A stretch of 60,534 bases of DNA from a bacterium. GTDB taxonomy: Bacteria > Bdellovibrionota_C > UBA2361 > CALJRW01. Shown in pieces: positions 10,156-20,109 of the stretch. Location: contig JANNBC010000046.1 in the NCBI GenBank assembly GCA_031385045.1, positions 1 to 60,534 on the forward strand, given 5' to 3'. How positions within the stretch are numbered: the stretch's first letter is position 1; the number at the start of each line of letters is the position of its first letter. The notes beneath the pieces are model-generated. The model was not told the origin of the DNA. It ran no database searches and saw nothing but the letters and a program-made list of their open reading frames with translations. A program made the translations under genes and the position numbers.

Positions 10156-11727
10156 ATGCCTAAGTACTACGTACTCTTTTTACTTTTTTTCTATACAACA
10201 TTAACTGGCGTTATTTCAATTTTCTTGGGTCAGGATATCAACTGGGATCTACAAAATTATCATTTATATAATCCTTATCAATTTCTGGAAAATCGCTTTA
10301 AGTTTGATGTGATGCCCGCGCAAATTCAAACTTTTTATAGTCCAATTTTAGACATCCCTTTTTATTTAGCACTTTATAAATTAAAGCTTCCACCAATTTT
10401 TATCGGCTTTATTCTTGGTTGGCTTCAGGGACTCAACTTATTTTTTCTCCATTTAATTGGACTAACAGTCTTACCAAAAAAACTTTTCTACCAGTGCTTT
10501 ACGTTTATTGCTGTTCTTTGTGGTGCAGGCGGAGTAATTTTTTACTCACAAATTGGAACTGTCTTTGGAGATAGTACAACAAGCCTTTTTATCTTATGCG
10601 CTATTTACCTAATCTCAGCTAAATTAGAGAGCTCGTGCCTTCCAACTATGCATCTAGCGATTGCCGGTTTAGCCATCGGCATTGGAACAGGATTAAAATA
10701 TACAAATATTATCCATGCTATCAGCATTTTTCTGGCGATTAATTGTTTTTGGTCAAAAAATAGACTTAAAAATAATTTCTATTTACTACTTCCAGCCTTA
10801 ATTGGATTTTTAACTTGTGCTGGTTATTGGATGTATCTTCTTTGGCAAGAATTTGGCAATCCAGTCCTACCTTTTCTAAATAATATCTTTAAGTCTCCTT
10901 ATTTAGATACAGTAGCTTTTAAAGATGTACGTTTTAATCCTAAAACTTGGGGTCAGTTTTTCTTTTACCCTTTTTATTTTTTAGATTCACAACACTTACC
11001 TTGGGAGATGCCATTTAGGGATGCTCGAATGGCAGTGGGAATGTCTTTGGGATGGATCTTTTTATTATTAATAAGTTTTCCGAAAGATTATTTCCAATCT
11101 AGAATCTTTAAGCCAATATCTATAAATCTTAAGTTTATTATCAGCTATTTTTTAATTTGTTATTTAGTCTGGGTGATAGTTTTTTGTTATTATCGATATA
11201 TAATTCCGCTAGAACTTCTATCTCCAATTCTTGTCTTAGCCTTCTTCTCCATTTTAAATCTTAGAACAGCTTTTAACGCTATTCTTCTAACAATCATTTT
11301 CACTTCGATTGTTGCTTGGACTCAGATTCCAACCTGGGGTAGGAAAGACTGGAGTTCTGATTGGCTAGAAATTGATCCTGCATCATTAGCCAAGTATGAA
11401 AATTCAATTATTGTTTTTTGGTATAAAGAACCAACTAGTTTTATTATTCCATCTTTTCCAAAAAGCACTCGATTTGTAAGAATTCATTCTAATCACTTAT
11501 TAACTAAAGAGAGTTTGCTTTATCAATCTGCCAAAAAAATTATTGCTGAGCACTATCCAGGGGAAATTTATCTTTTAAACTTAGATGCTCCAGCTGATAA
11601 AAAACTATCGCTGTTAAGTGATCTACCGGATTTTAACTTAAGTACTAAATTCCTAAATTGCGAGCCGCTAGCAACAAAAATTCAGACATTCCAGTTATGT
11701 CCCTTAACTTATAATTTAAATCACTAG
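10156..11727 (+). CDS. Polytopic membrane protein, likely GT-C fold glycosyltransferase
   Basis: Many TM segments; GQDINWDLQNYHLYNPY, GLKYTN, FGNPVLP, YYRYIIP. Confidence 0.65.
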   Translation: MPKYYVLFLLFFYTTLTGVISIFLGQDINWDLQNYHLYNPYQFLENRFKFDVMPAQIQTFYSPILDIPFYLALYKLKLPPIFIGFILGWLQGLNLFFLHLIGLTVLPKKLFYQCFTFIAVLCGAGGVIFYSQIGTVFGDSTTSLFILCAIYLISAKLESSCLPTMHLAIAGLAIGIGTGLKYTNIIHAISIFLAINCFWSKNRLKNNFYLLLPALIGFLTCAGYWMYLLWQEFGNPVLPFLNNIFKSPYLDTVAFKDVRFNPKTWGQFFFYPFYFLDSQHLPWEMPFRDARMAVGMSLGWIFLLLISFPKDYFQSRIFKPISINLKFIISYFLICYLVWVIVFCYYRYIIPLELLSPILVLAFFSILNLRTAFNAILLTIIFTSIVAWTQIPTWGRKDWSSDWLEIDPASLAKYENSIIVFWYKEPTSFIIPSFPKSTRFVRIHSNHLLTKESLLYQSAKKIIAEHYPGEIYLLNLDAPADKKLSLLSDLPDFNLSTKFLNCEPLATKIQTFQLCPLTYNLNH

Positions 11728-11730
11728 ATT

Positions 11731-12267
11731 TTATTTTTGAGGAGCAGCAATTTTACCCATTTTAATGGGAGTGACTTGCGCTGGTACAACTTCCTCGGGT
11801 TTTTGTACGGCCATATCACCTATTATTTCTCTAGTTGGGGTCGGCGATGGACTTGGACTTGGGTCAGCGATTTCTCCCATTAGCTCAGGTGCTTCTTGGG
11901 TTGGAGCAGTGTTCGCTGGCTCAACTGAATTTTCAGCGATTGCACCAGAGGTAAGCCCTAGAAAAGTATAAATTGTGACTAAAAAAACGCCGAGTCCTTT
12001 TAATACGCTAATTACACTAACACTATCTTTAAATTTTATGGCGCCATTTCCCAGCATTTCATAACGGACACACATTCTTTCGGAGCCACGCCTTTTTAGA
12101 ATTTTTTCAGCCTGACTCTTCGTTAGGGCAGATAAATTTGTTACAGTATGTACGCATTGTGCACAGTGCCGCTTCTCTTGATTGCCATGCATCAATTCCC
12201 AAGACTCATGGCATGGAGATTTAATTTCTACCTGCTCTAATATTTTTAATGATTTTATGTTGCTCAT
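11731..12267 (-). CDS. Membrane-anchored protein with Cys-rich N-domain and repeated (M/I)G-x-(I/M)A motifs
   Basis: PCHESW...RHCAQC...MCVR, a TM helix, then a Pro-rich tail with MGEIA, IGDMA, MGKIA. Confidence 0.7.
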   Translation of the reverse strand: MSNIKSLKILEQVEIKSPCHESWELMHGNQEKRHCAQCVHTVTNLSALTKSQAEKILKRRGSERMCVRYEMLGNGAIKFKDSVSVISVLKGLGVFLVTIYTFLGLTSGAIAENSVEPANTAPTQEAPELMGEIADPSPSPSPTPTREIIGDMAVQKPEEVVPAQVTPIKMGKIAAPQK

Positions 12268-12456
12268 ATTATTTTTAAAATTCTAATTAGAGTTATTCTA
12301 ACTATGATATCTTAGAGCTTGAAGTTACAGAATAGTTCATTAATTTTTAGAAATTAATGGGGTTTATTCTCAAAGAGAGTTAAGTAATTGAAAATATTCA
12401 AAATTTATTATATGTTTAAATCTTAAAAGCTATCTTTCCAAAGGTTATTATTTTTC

Positions 12457-13317
12457 ATGTTAAGTTATCAACATGCCTACCATGCGGGCAATCCCGCTGA
12501 TGTTTTAAAACATTTTGTCTTATTTTTAGTTTTACAGTCTCTAAAAAAGAAGGAAACCCCATTTCATTTTTATGATACACACGCAGGTGCTGGAGAGTAC
12601 AATCTAACAGATGATGAGAGCCAGAAAACTGGAGAATCAAAAAATGGAATTGAAAAATTACAATTAATTGCTAAAGCAGGTGAGGCCACGATTCCTGAGC
12701 AAATTAAGCTCTGGCTATTAAAATTAGAACAAATTCAAACAACAGCAAATAATTTTCAACTCTACCCAGGTTCCCCAAGTTGGGCCTTACATTTAATGCG
12801 CGAACAAGATAAGGCAACTTTCTTAGAATTACATCCAGCAGAATATGAGAAGCTCCGTAGGTGGCAAGGACGTGAAAAACGAGTTAAGAGTTTTAAACAA
12901 GATAGTTTTAAAGATCTTAAAGCTCACCTACCACCTTTTGCCAATCGAGGAGCAATATTAATAGATCCTCCTTACGAACTTATTAGTGATTATTTAAATG
13001 TTAGTAGTTTATTAAAGGAAAGTATTAAAAGATTTGCGCATGGTGTTTATTTAATTTGGTATCCAATAGTTGAGCGCGGACAAGATCTAGTAATGCTAGA
13101 TATGATTTCAGATCTTCAAATTCCTAAAACTCTTTTGGTGGAAATGACTCTTCGAAAAAATCGTACTGGGCTTGGTCTCTCTGGCACTGGTATGATTATC
13201 ATCAATTGCCCTTGGCAAGTTGATCAACAAATAAACTCAGCTTTAAGCTGGCTAACAGATTCTTTAGTAGATAATCAGGAAGGAAGTCCCCGAGTAGAAT
13301 GGCTAGTAAAAGAATAG
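12457..13317 (+). CDS. rlmJ: 23S rRNA m6A2030 methyltransferase
   Basis: MLSYQHAYHAGNPADVLKH, DTHAGAG, YPGSP, IDPPYE, IWYP. Confidence 0.95.
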   Translation: MLSYQHAYHAGNPADVLKHFVLFLVLQSLKKKETPFHFYDTHAGAGEYNLTDDESQKTGESKNGIEKLQLIAKAGEATIPEQIKLWLLKLEQIQTTANNFQLYPGSPSWALHLMREQDKATFLELHPAEYEKLRRWQGREKRVKSFKQDSFKDLKAHLPPFANRGAILIDPPYELISDYLNVSSLLKESIKRFAHGVYLIWYPIVERGQDLVMLDMISDLQIPKTLLVEMTLRKNRTGLGLSGTGMIIINCPWQVDQQINSALSWLTDSLVDNQEGSPRVEWLVKE

Positions 13318-13330
13318 CTAGTAAAAGTGA

Positions 13331-13909
13331 CTAGCTTGCTAAGGTTTCTGAAACGATTTTTGCAGGATTTCCAATAGCTGATGATTTGCTTGGAACTACT
13401 TTTAATATTACGGCACCAGCTGCAATATTGGAATAATCACCAATATTACTGGCAATGATTGCCCCCTCACCTACCCAAACATGCTTACCGATGATCACTT
13501 GCTCAGATTTTCCCTCAATTAATTGTCCGCTGCTATCACGTTGATGTTGTTCTAATCCGGAAATTATACTGACTCGACTAGCGATTTGTGTGCCCGCTTC
13601 AATTTTCACAGCTCCAAAACAACAATAACTACCAATTGATACGCCCGAGCCTAAACTAACATTGGGATGTGCAAAAATACTACCATATCCAATTACGGAA
13701 TCGCTGGCACAACTCTCCATGGTTAATCGATAAAATTCTCGTCTCATGTAAATACCAGTTAATCCGGGGAATTGTGCCAAAAATTGAGAAAAGGCTGGAA
13801 AGCTTCGTTGCTTATCTCCGAGAAAAGATACAAGTAAATAAGCAGAGTATACTGGTAAAATCATTATAAAAGTAATTACTCGACATGCTTTTTTAATTTT
13901 CTCATTCAT
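13331..13909 (-). CDS. Left-handed beta-helix acyltransferase
   Basis: Hexapeptide repeats, IGKHVWVGEGA, GNPAK. Confidence 0.85.
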   Translation of the reverse strand: MNEKIKKACRVITFIMILPVYSAYLLVSFLGDKQRSFPAFSQFLAQFPGLTGIYMRREFYRLTMESCASDSVIGYGSIFAHPNVSLGSGVSIGSYCCFGAVKIEAGTQIASRVSIISGLEQHQRDSSGQLIEGKSEQVIIGKHVWVGEGAIIASNIGDYSNIAAGAVILKVVPSKSSAIGNPAKIVSETLAS

Positions 13910-15015
13910 AATGATTCTTTAGAATATCCAATCCTCTCAAACAAAGCATTGAACATCGATTCTCTTCTTGTTAAAGAAAAATGATTTAATAAATGTCCTT
14001 GAAAATTCCTAGCTAACTCAGCTCTTAAATTAGGATCACTAATTAATAAATTAATCTTTTCTGCCAGCACTGTAACACAATCTAACGGGAAATGTAGTCC
14101 ATGAATTTGATCATGAATTACTACAGCATGTTCTGGAATATCGCTGACAATCACGGCATTAAGACAAGCACCAGCTTCCAGTAAACTATTTGGTAATCCT
14201 TCAATAGAAGAAGCTGAAACAAAGATATCAAAATGATGTAAATACGGTTTCACATCTTTTTGATAGCCAAGAAAATTAATTTTTTTCTCAATTCCAAGTT
14301 GCTTAGCTAAGCTTTCTAACCTACCTCGCTCCTCTCCGTCACCTAGAATAAATAATTTCCAGTTGGAATCTTTAATGTGTGCACAGGCTTGAATTAAAAT
14401 ATCAACTCGTTTTTCTTTTGCTAATCGGGAGCAGGTTCCGATTATTATTTCTTGTTCTGGAGGCAATTCTGTTCCTTCCATAAGTTGCATCTCATTAATA
14501 TCAATGGCGTTTTCGATTACAGAAATCTTAGCTGCAACTAATTTGAGATATGGATGCCGAAGCAGTTGCGCTGGAGAAACTGCAATAATTGCATCAAAGA
14601 AGAAGACTAAACACTTATCTAAATATTGATAAAGTTTTAATTTAAACGTTTGACTTACCCAACCATGAATTGTTGTAATTCGTCTTAAATTTAAACCTAT
14701 ACTGGCAAACAAACCATAAAAGTTAGCTTTATAGCCATGAAGTGAAAGTAAATTAATATTTTCGGATTTTAATATTGCTCGTAATTTTTGAATCGCTTGC
14801 AGGTCTAGTCTCCCACGACAATTTAGTTGTCGAACATCACAGGCCAGCTTCTGATCAATTAAGCTACTCACGGGATTATTATTTTCTAAACTAATCAAAA
14901 TAACTGCAAAATTTTCTCGATTTAGGCAATTAACAATTTTAGCAATATTAGTAACCATTCCGCCAAAGCCGCTAGTACTGTAAATTAAGGCAACTTTGAT
15001 TATTTTCATTATCAA
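13906..15015 (-). CDS. GT4 glycosyltransferase
   Basis: SRLAKEK, GDGEER, EGLPNSLLEA. Confidence 0.9.
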   Translation of the reverse strand: MIMKIIKVALIYSTSGFGGMVTNIAKIVNCLNRENFAVILISLENNNPVSSLIDQKLACDVRQLNCRGRLDLQAIQKLRAILKSENINLLSLHGYKANFYGLFASIGLNLRRITTIHGWVSQTFKLKLYQYLDKCLVFFFDAIIAVSPAQLLRHPYLKLVAAKISVIENAIDINEMQLMEGTELPPEQEIIIGTCSRLAKEKRVDILIQACAHIKDSNWKLFILGDGEERGRLESLAKQLGIEKKINFLGYQKDVKPYLHHFDIFVSASSIEGLPNSLLEAGACLNAVIVSDIPEHAVVIHDQIHGLHFPLDCVTVLAEKINLLISDPNLRAELARNFQGHLLNHFSLTRRESMFNALFERIGYSKESL

Positions 15016-15076
15016 TTGAAATTATATTTTTTGATTTAAAATATACTATCACAATAAAAATGCTAAGAGCAGTCTA

Positions 15077-15973
15077 TTACTTAATCAGAGACCAAAGTGT
15101 CCTGGTGCTGAGTAAGATAATTAAGATACCAACAAGCAATAATAGTGTTTTAGCTTTTAATTTTTTACAAAGATAACCAGCAAATGGAGCAGCAAATATT
15201 CCTCCAAAAATTAACCCCGCAATAATTGTTGTTAACCCGCGAAGGTTCTCCCATTCATTAAGTCCTAAGAATACAGAGAAAGCTAGTGCCGTAAAAAAGG
15301 CCACATAAAATTCGGCTAAGTTAACAGAGCCGATAGCATATCTTGGCGTCCAACCAGAACTTAAAAGTGTACTATTTACTATTGGCCCCCAGCCTCCGCC
15401 TCCAATAGCATCAGCGAACCCTCCAAAAAGGGCTAAAGGAAATAACCTTTTGGTTTTTTGTTTGCTGAACTTATTTTTAAACGCCTTATAGATAATTACA
15501 AACCCCATAATCAATAAATAACCAGCAATAAATGGAGTGAGCCATTTGCCATCGACTGTGGTTGATAAAAAAGCTCCCAGAATACCTCCTATTACTCCTG
15601 GAAATACCAAACGACGAAAAAGTTTTTTATTAACATTGCCCAGTTTGTGATGGGAGAATCCAGAAATTCCTGCAGTAAAAATCTCAGCGATATGGACACT
15701 GGCACTTGCTTCTGCGGGACCGACACCAGCAGCTAATAGAAAAGTTGTGGAGCTTACGCCATAAGCCATCCCAAGAGCGCCATCTATTGTTTGTGCTCCA
15801 AAACCAACAATGGCATAAATCCAGAACTGCTTCTCTCCAAAAAAACTGAAAAAGGCAGTTAGTTTTGTTAAAATTGCTTGAGATAGTAGTAACTGGTCTG
15901 CGGAATATAAACAGATCAATAATATTACTGAGACTAAGAGTACAATTCTTAGTTTTAGTGAGTTTAGTTGCAT
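15077..15973 (-). CDS. TauE/SafE family exporter
   Basis: AQTIDGALGMAYG, DAIGGGGWGP, multiple TM helices. Confidence 0.9.
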   Translation of the reverse strand: MQLNSLKLRIVLLVSVILLICLYSADQLLLSQAILTKLTAFFSFFGEKQFWIYAIVGFGAQTIDGALGMAYGVSSTTFLLAAGVGPAEASASVHIAEIFTAGISGFSHHKLGNVNKKLFRRLVFPGVIGGILGAFLSTTVDGKWLTPFIAGYLLIMGFVIIYKAFKNKFSKQKTKRLFPLALFGGFADAIGGGGWGPIVNSTLLSSGWTPRYAIGSVNLAEFYVAFFTALAFSVFLGLNEWENLRGLTTIIAGLIFGGIFAAPFAGYLCKKLKAKTLLLLVGILIILLSTRTLWSLIK

Positions 15974-16111
15974 GCTAATTTAAGGCTCAAGATAAATTTA
16001 AATGACAAATAAAAAATTCTATTTTTTACAAAATACTATTTACCGAAGATTAGACTATGCTAAAAAGTCATAATAATAAACTATCTCTTAAACTGCCAAT
16101 TAACTATCCCT

Positions 16112-16834
16112 ATGTCTCAGAATGATATTTTTAATCTTGATTATACCAATCAAATTTTTCAACTTTGCCAAATTCCTTTTGAACAACGGAGTGATCAATG
16201 GGTCAATGCTTTTTTTCAATTTATCCCAACTGCTAGTATGGCCTGTGCCGATCCACAAATAATTGTTGGCCCTGATAAACTTCCCTATTTTGTGCTTAAC
16301 CTCCCAACACCAGGAGCCTCCTTCGAATCTTTTTCTGTTAGTCATTTATTAGAATTTGTCACGGATAACGGCTTAGGGATTGCGATCAATCCAGCTAAAG
16401 GTAGCCAACCTGATTGGATTTTTTCAGCTGGAGATCTTTGGAACTTTCGGGAAACAAATATATTTATTTTCGATCAAGCACGTTGGGAGAATTTAAATGC
16501 CGATGAACAAAAAGTTAATCTCACTGAACGTGAAGTTTTATTAGCTCAACCTAGTGAAAGTTATCTGCCGAAATATGTTAGAAAAAATATTGATCAGACA
16601 TTACGGGATAAATTTGGGATTACCGAACCAGCAGTTTTTTTAATGACTGACATGACTCTTAATCCATCCATGAATTTAGTTTTTAATATTTTTAATGAAA
16701 ATGAAAATCCGGCAAAAATTCAGGATATAATTAACTACTTAGCTTGGTCACTACCAAGGGATTATGGTCTTGTTGGTATTGATAGTACTTCGGAGCTGGT
16801 CTCAAAATTTGAACCACTGATTAGCCAAGATTAA
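16112..16834 (+). CDS. Conserved-looking hypothetical protein
   Basis: 240-aa ORF; GPDKLPYF, PDWIFSAGDLW. Confidence 0.6.
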   Translation: MSQNDIFNLDYTNQIFQLCQIPFEQRSDQWVNAFFQFIPTASMACADPQIIVGPDKLPYFVLNLPTPGASFESFSVSHLLEFVTDNGLGIAINPAKGSQPDWIFSAGDLWNFRETNIFIFDQARWENLNADEQKVNLTEREVLLAQPSESYLPKYVRKNIDQTLRDKFGITEPAVFLMTDMTLNPSMNLVFNIFNENENPAKIQDIINYLAWSLPRDYGLVGIDSTSELVSKFEPLISQD

Positions 16835-16896
16835 TTGGCTTGAATAAATTAAAAAATATTTTTGCTTAGCATTTCAAACCTATATATTATCTCATA

Positions 16897-17937
16897 ATGT
16901 TCAGAACGGAAGGACCCGAAGGTCAAGCAAAAATTAGTTTAAAAGCTGGAATTGATAGGATTGAAGACATCACCAGTGTCCTTGGTTGGACAGACGATAT
17001 TATTGAGAGCGTCTTAGCCCAAAGCCAACCAAAGCAACAAGTAATTGATATTGATATCCCACAAATCCGCACTCATCTCCCTTATCGTAATTTCATGAGT
17101 GTCAGTTTTGATATGCGCCACAACACAGTTGGACATACTATTGATGATTCACTATTAGTAGATCGGCAGAACGGAATTTATATTGTGGCTGATGGAGTTA
17201 CTAGAGAATTTTGTACCGATCAAAATGCCGCTTGGCAAGTCGCTCAAGCATTTACAAGACTGATGCACTGGCACATATCTGTATTATTACTGGAGTGTAA
17301 CAATCCCAATTACATTCTGCGGCAAGCTTTTCATAATGCTAACTTAGACATTGCTAAAATAAATCGACACCTTGAGTTAGGGAGCGATTTTTTAGAAAAT
17401 GCTCCTGCGTCTTGTGCCGCCGCAGTACTTTTTCGCCACGGGGAAGATTACTTTATGGGTAATATTGCTGACTCGCAAGTAGTGAGCTTTGAAAATTACC
17501 CTCATTCACAACAAATTAAACAAATCACTCCGATTCAAACACTCGCCTCAGAAACTATTAGAGAAAAGGAACCAACTAAAGAAAAAATGTTAGAACGTCA
17601 CCGAGCATGCGCCAATCAAATAACTACTCAGGGTGATAAAGAAAGTTATGCCTATGGAATTATTAATGGTAACCCTAATGCGGTTCATTTTTTTGAAACT
17701 AAACAAGCAGCACATCGCACACCATTTTTAATTTATTCGGATGGATTCTATAATCTTTGTGGTCCAGCATCAGGCAATAACCAACATCAAGAACGAGCTG
17801 CTACATTTGCCAGCTTAATTACCAATCCAGAGTATGCTAGCTACTCAGCAGATCGACTAATTGATACTGCTCTGCGACAGACACCAAACCCAAGTAAACT
17901 GGATGATATTAGCCTAATAATCGTTACTGGGGCATAA
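16897..17937 (+). CDS. PP2C-family protein phosphatase
   Basis: IVADGV, GNIADS, YSDGF, DDISLI. Confidence 0.8.
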   Translation: MFRTEGPEGQAKISLKAGIDRIEDITSVLGWTDDIIESVLAQSQPKQQVIDIDIPQIRTHLPYRNFMSVSFDMRHNTVGHTIDDSLLVDRQNGIYIVADGVTREFCTDQNAAWQVAQAFTRLMHWHISVLLLECNNPNYILRQAFHNANLDIAKINRHLELGSDFLENAPASCAAAVLFRHGEDYFMGNIADSQVVSFENYPHSQQIKQITPIQTLASETIREKEPTKEKMLERHRACANQITTQGDKESYAYGIINGNPNAVHFFETKQAAHRTPFLIYSDGFYNLCGPASGNNQHQERAATFASLITNPEYASYSADRLIDTALRQTPNPSKLDDISLIIVTGA

Positions 17938-18065
17938 GAGACAAGCTCAAATTAATTCAAATCCCCAATAAAAACAGATAATTACCATATGGACTGGGAA
18001 TTCGAATCCCTAGGCTTCTAAATAACATCTTAATACAAGTCATTATATTTAGAGTTTGAGTTGTT

Positions 18066-19901
18066 ATGAAAAAGAAGGTTTTAATAATTGCTTCCTTTGT
18101 AGCCATGTTGCTACTGATTGGTATCCCTTCGATTACCAAAAAAGAATATAATGTTCACATCCCTAATTTCAATGACATTAACTATTGCGAGAACGTTATC
18201 TGTGAAGGGGTAGGTTGCGCTAAAACTAACGCCCAAATTCAACAAGATATTGAAGACCGAAATAATTTGATCAAAGTTAATTATCTTGATCTTAACTTCA
18301 ATGAAGAATCTAAAAAATTAACTGTAGAAGCAGAGATTGATACCACCACCGCTAAAACTGCTAATTTTTTCCATTTGATTCTTACTGATGGAGATCTGGA
18401 TGTCAGCAGAAAGAATTGCGAAGCAAGTGTTGGACATCTATACGTTGATTTTAGCGACGAAGCTAATCCGAAAGTTAACGTTTTTGCTTTTAATGGACAC
18501 TTAAATCTTTACTGTAATAACGGTGAAGTTCATGAAAAGCAAAATGTAACTCACAATGGTTATGATGATTCCATTCCGCTTGGTGACGGCGTTGGACCTT
18601 ACGTTAACAAAGCAAGTCTCAAAGAAAGTTTCTATTCAAAAAATGCTCCAAAATATCGAGAAGAAATTTTTAGCTCAATCGAAACGCCCAGTGCCGTAAG
18701 TTTTTCAATTGATACAACAGCAACATCTAAAATTATTCACCTGGAACTTGATGTCTCTGGTATTAATAGTCATCAGATCGAACCGCTATTATTATATAAT
18801 AAATCTTACACTTACGAAGGAATTAAATTTGCCGATCGTGTTGGTGTCTGGTTTTGGGCAGCAGCGAATGCTGTTCCTACTTATACAAATAACTATATCA
18901 GCAGCTTACTAACTCAAAAAACTGATTGCTCAACTTGTGTTCATCCCGAGTTAGAGACAAAGTCAAAAGTTCTTTGTGGTGCTTCAAGTGTCTCTGCAAA
19001 TCCTGTAGAAGTTGGTAAATCTACAACTCTTAGTTTTGAAGTGATCAATGAAGACTTCTTTGATACTACAAAAGCGCCTGTAATTGTGAGCTATGCTGGA
19101 TTGCCTGCTGGCGCTAAACCAAGTGTGCCAAATGGTGAAGAAGTAATTTTTGCTGAAGATGGCACAAGTGGCAAAGCTACTATTAAGATTGATTGGACTC
19201 CAGGGCCCGAGCAAGCAGGAGATTATACTATTGGAGCAAACTTTTTAGTTGAATATGGATTAAATAATCTACAAACAGATTGTGCCGGAGTTAAAGTTAC
19301 TGTCAAACCACTTACACCAGAATGTAAGCAAGCAGACTTAAGTGTAATTACTCAAGCTGATCAGGATATGGCTCAGCTAAATTTAGTCTCTACTCAATTA
19401 GAACAAAGAATTAAAAAAATTCGTAAAGATCTGGGAGAGAGTGGAAAGGTTGATGATTTTAATCCATCAGCTGAAAATACTAGAGGCTGGGAAGCTTACA
19501 ATGCTGTCATTGGGCAGGGAATATATCTATTCGAATGTACTAATATCGACGCCTGCTCTACAGGTTTACAAGTATCCTCACTTAGTAATCAACTAGATAT
19601 TTTTAAATCTGCAATCCTAAATTTAAAGGATATCGCTTTAAGCCGAACAATTAAACTAAGAAAGGCTTTAGTTAAACAGTACGTAAAAAATGGGTTAGAA
19701 ATATCCGTAGCTCGTAAAAAAGCTACGAAAGTTATTGAAAAACAATATTTACAAGGTAAGAACAATCAAGGGATTAACCCAACATATAACTCGGCAACTG
19801 CATTTGTTGATTCACATGTAAAAACTTATGGCCTAACAAGATTCTCTGCTAGTAGCTTAGACTCCTTGGAAGAAAGTTGCGGATTAATAATTAAGAAATA
19901 G
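18066..19901 (+). CDS. Secreted or anchored Cys-rich hypothetical protein
   Basis: N-terminal hydrophobic segment, many Cys, Ig-like WTPGPEQAGDYT, helical C-terminus. Confidence 0.7.
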   Translation: MKKKVLIIASFVAMLLLIGIPSITKKEYNVHIPNFNDINYCENVICEGVGCAKTNAQIQQDIEDRNNLIKVNYLDLNFNEESKKLTVEAEIDTTTAKTANFFHLILTDGDLDVSRKNCEASVGHLYVDFSDEANPKVNVFAFNGHLNLYCNNGEVHEKQNVTHNGYDDSIPLGDGVGPYVNKASLKESFYSKNAPKYREEIFSSIETPSAVSFSIDTTATSKIIHLELDVSGINSHQIEPLLLYNKSYTYEGIKFADRVGVWFWAAANAVPTYTNNYISSLLTQKTDCSTCVHPELETKSKVLCGASSVSANPVEVGKSTTLSFEVINEDFFDTTKAPVIVSYAGLPAGAKPSVPNGEEVIFAEDGTSGKATIKIDWTPGPEQAGDYTIGANFLVEYGLNNLQTDCAGVKVTVKPLTPECKQADLSVITQADQDMAQLNLVSTQLEQRIKKIRKDLGESGKVDDFNPSAENTRGWEAYNAVIGQGIYLFECTNIDACSTGLQVSSLSNQLDIFKSAILNLKDIALSRTIKLRKALVKQYVKNGLEISVARKKATKVIEKQYLQGKNNQGINPTYNSATAFVDSHVKTYGLTRFSASSLDSLEESCGLIIKK

Positions 19902-19909
19902 AACCAAAC

Positions 19910-19945
19910 TAGATTTTCCTAGAAAGAATCTTTTAGGAAAATCTA
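19910..19945 (+). terminator. Hairpin after the 18066-19901 gene
   Basis: TAGATTTTCCTA...TAGGAAAATCTA, 12-bp inverted repeat. Confidence 0.55.
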
Positions 19946-19954
19946 AATACTTTT

Positions 19955-20103
19955 ATATAGTTATGACAAAAAGTATTTTCCGAGTATTTAAAAGTCAGTT
20001 TTGTGTTTTTTGTCATAACTATATGATTTTATTATCCCTCTGGGAGATAGTAAGCCCCAAAAAGTAATTCCCTACGGAAATTACTTTTTGGACTCACTAT
20101 ATT
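19955..20103 (-). repeat. Three-hairpin dispersed element, copy 1
   Basis: ATATAGTTATGACAAAAA...TTTTTGTCATAACTATAT; TATCCC...GGAGATA; CCAAAAAGTAATT...AATTACTTTTTGG. Aligns to the reverse complement of 38438-38586. Confidence 0.9.
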
Positions 20104-20109
20104 AAATTA

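Noticed and set aside
19955..20024. Integron attC site
   Set aside because: The order is GTT...AAC, opposite to attC (RYYYAAC...GTTRRRY), and there is no integrase or cassette array.
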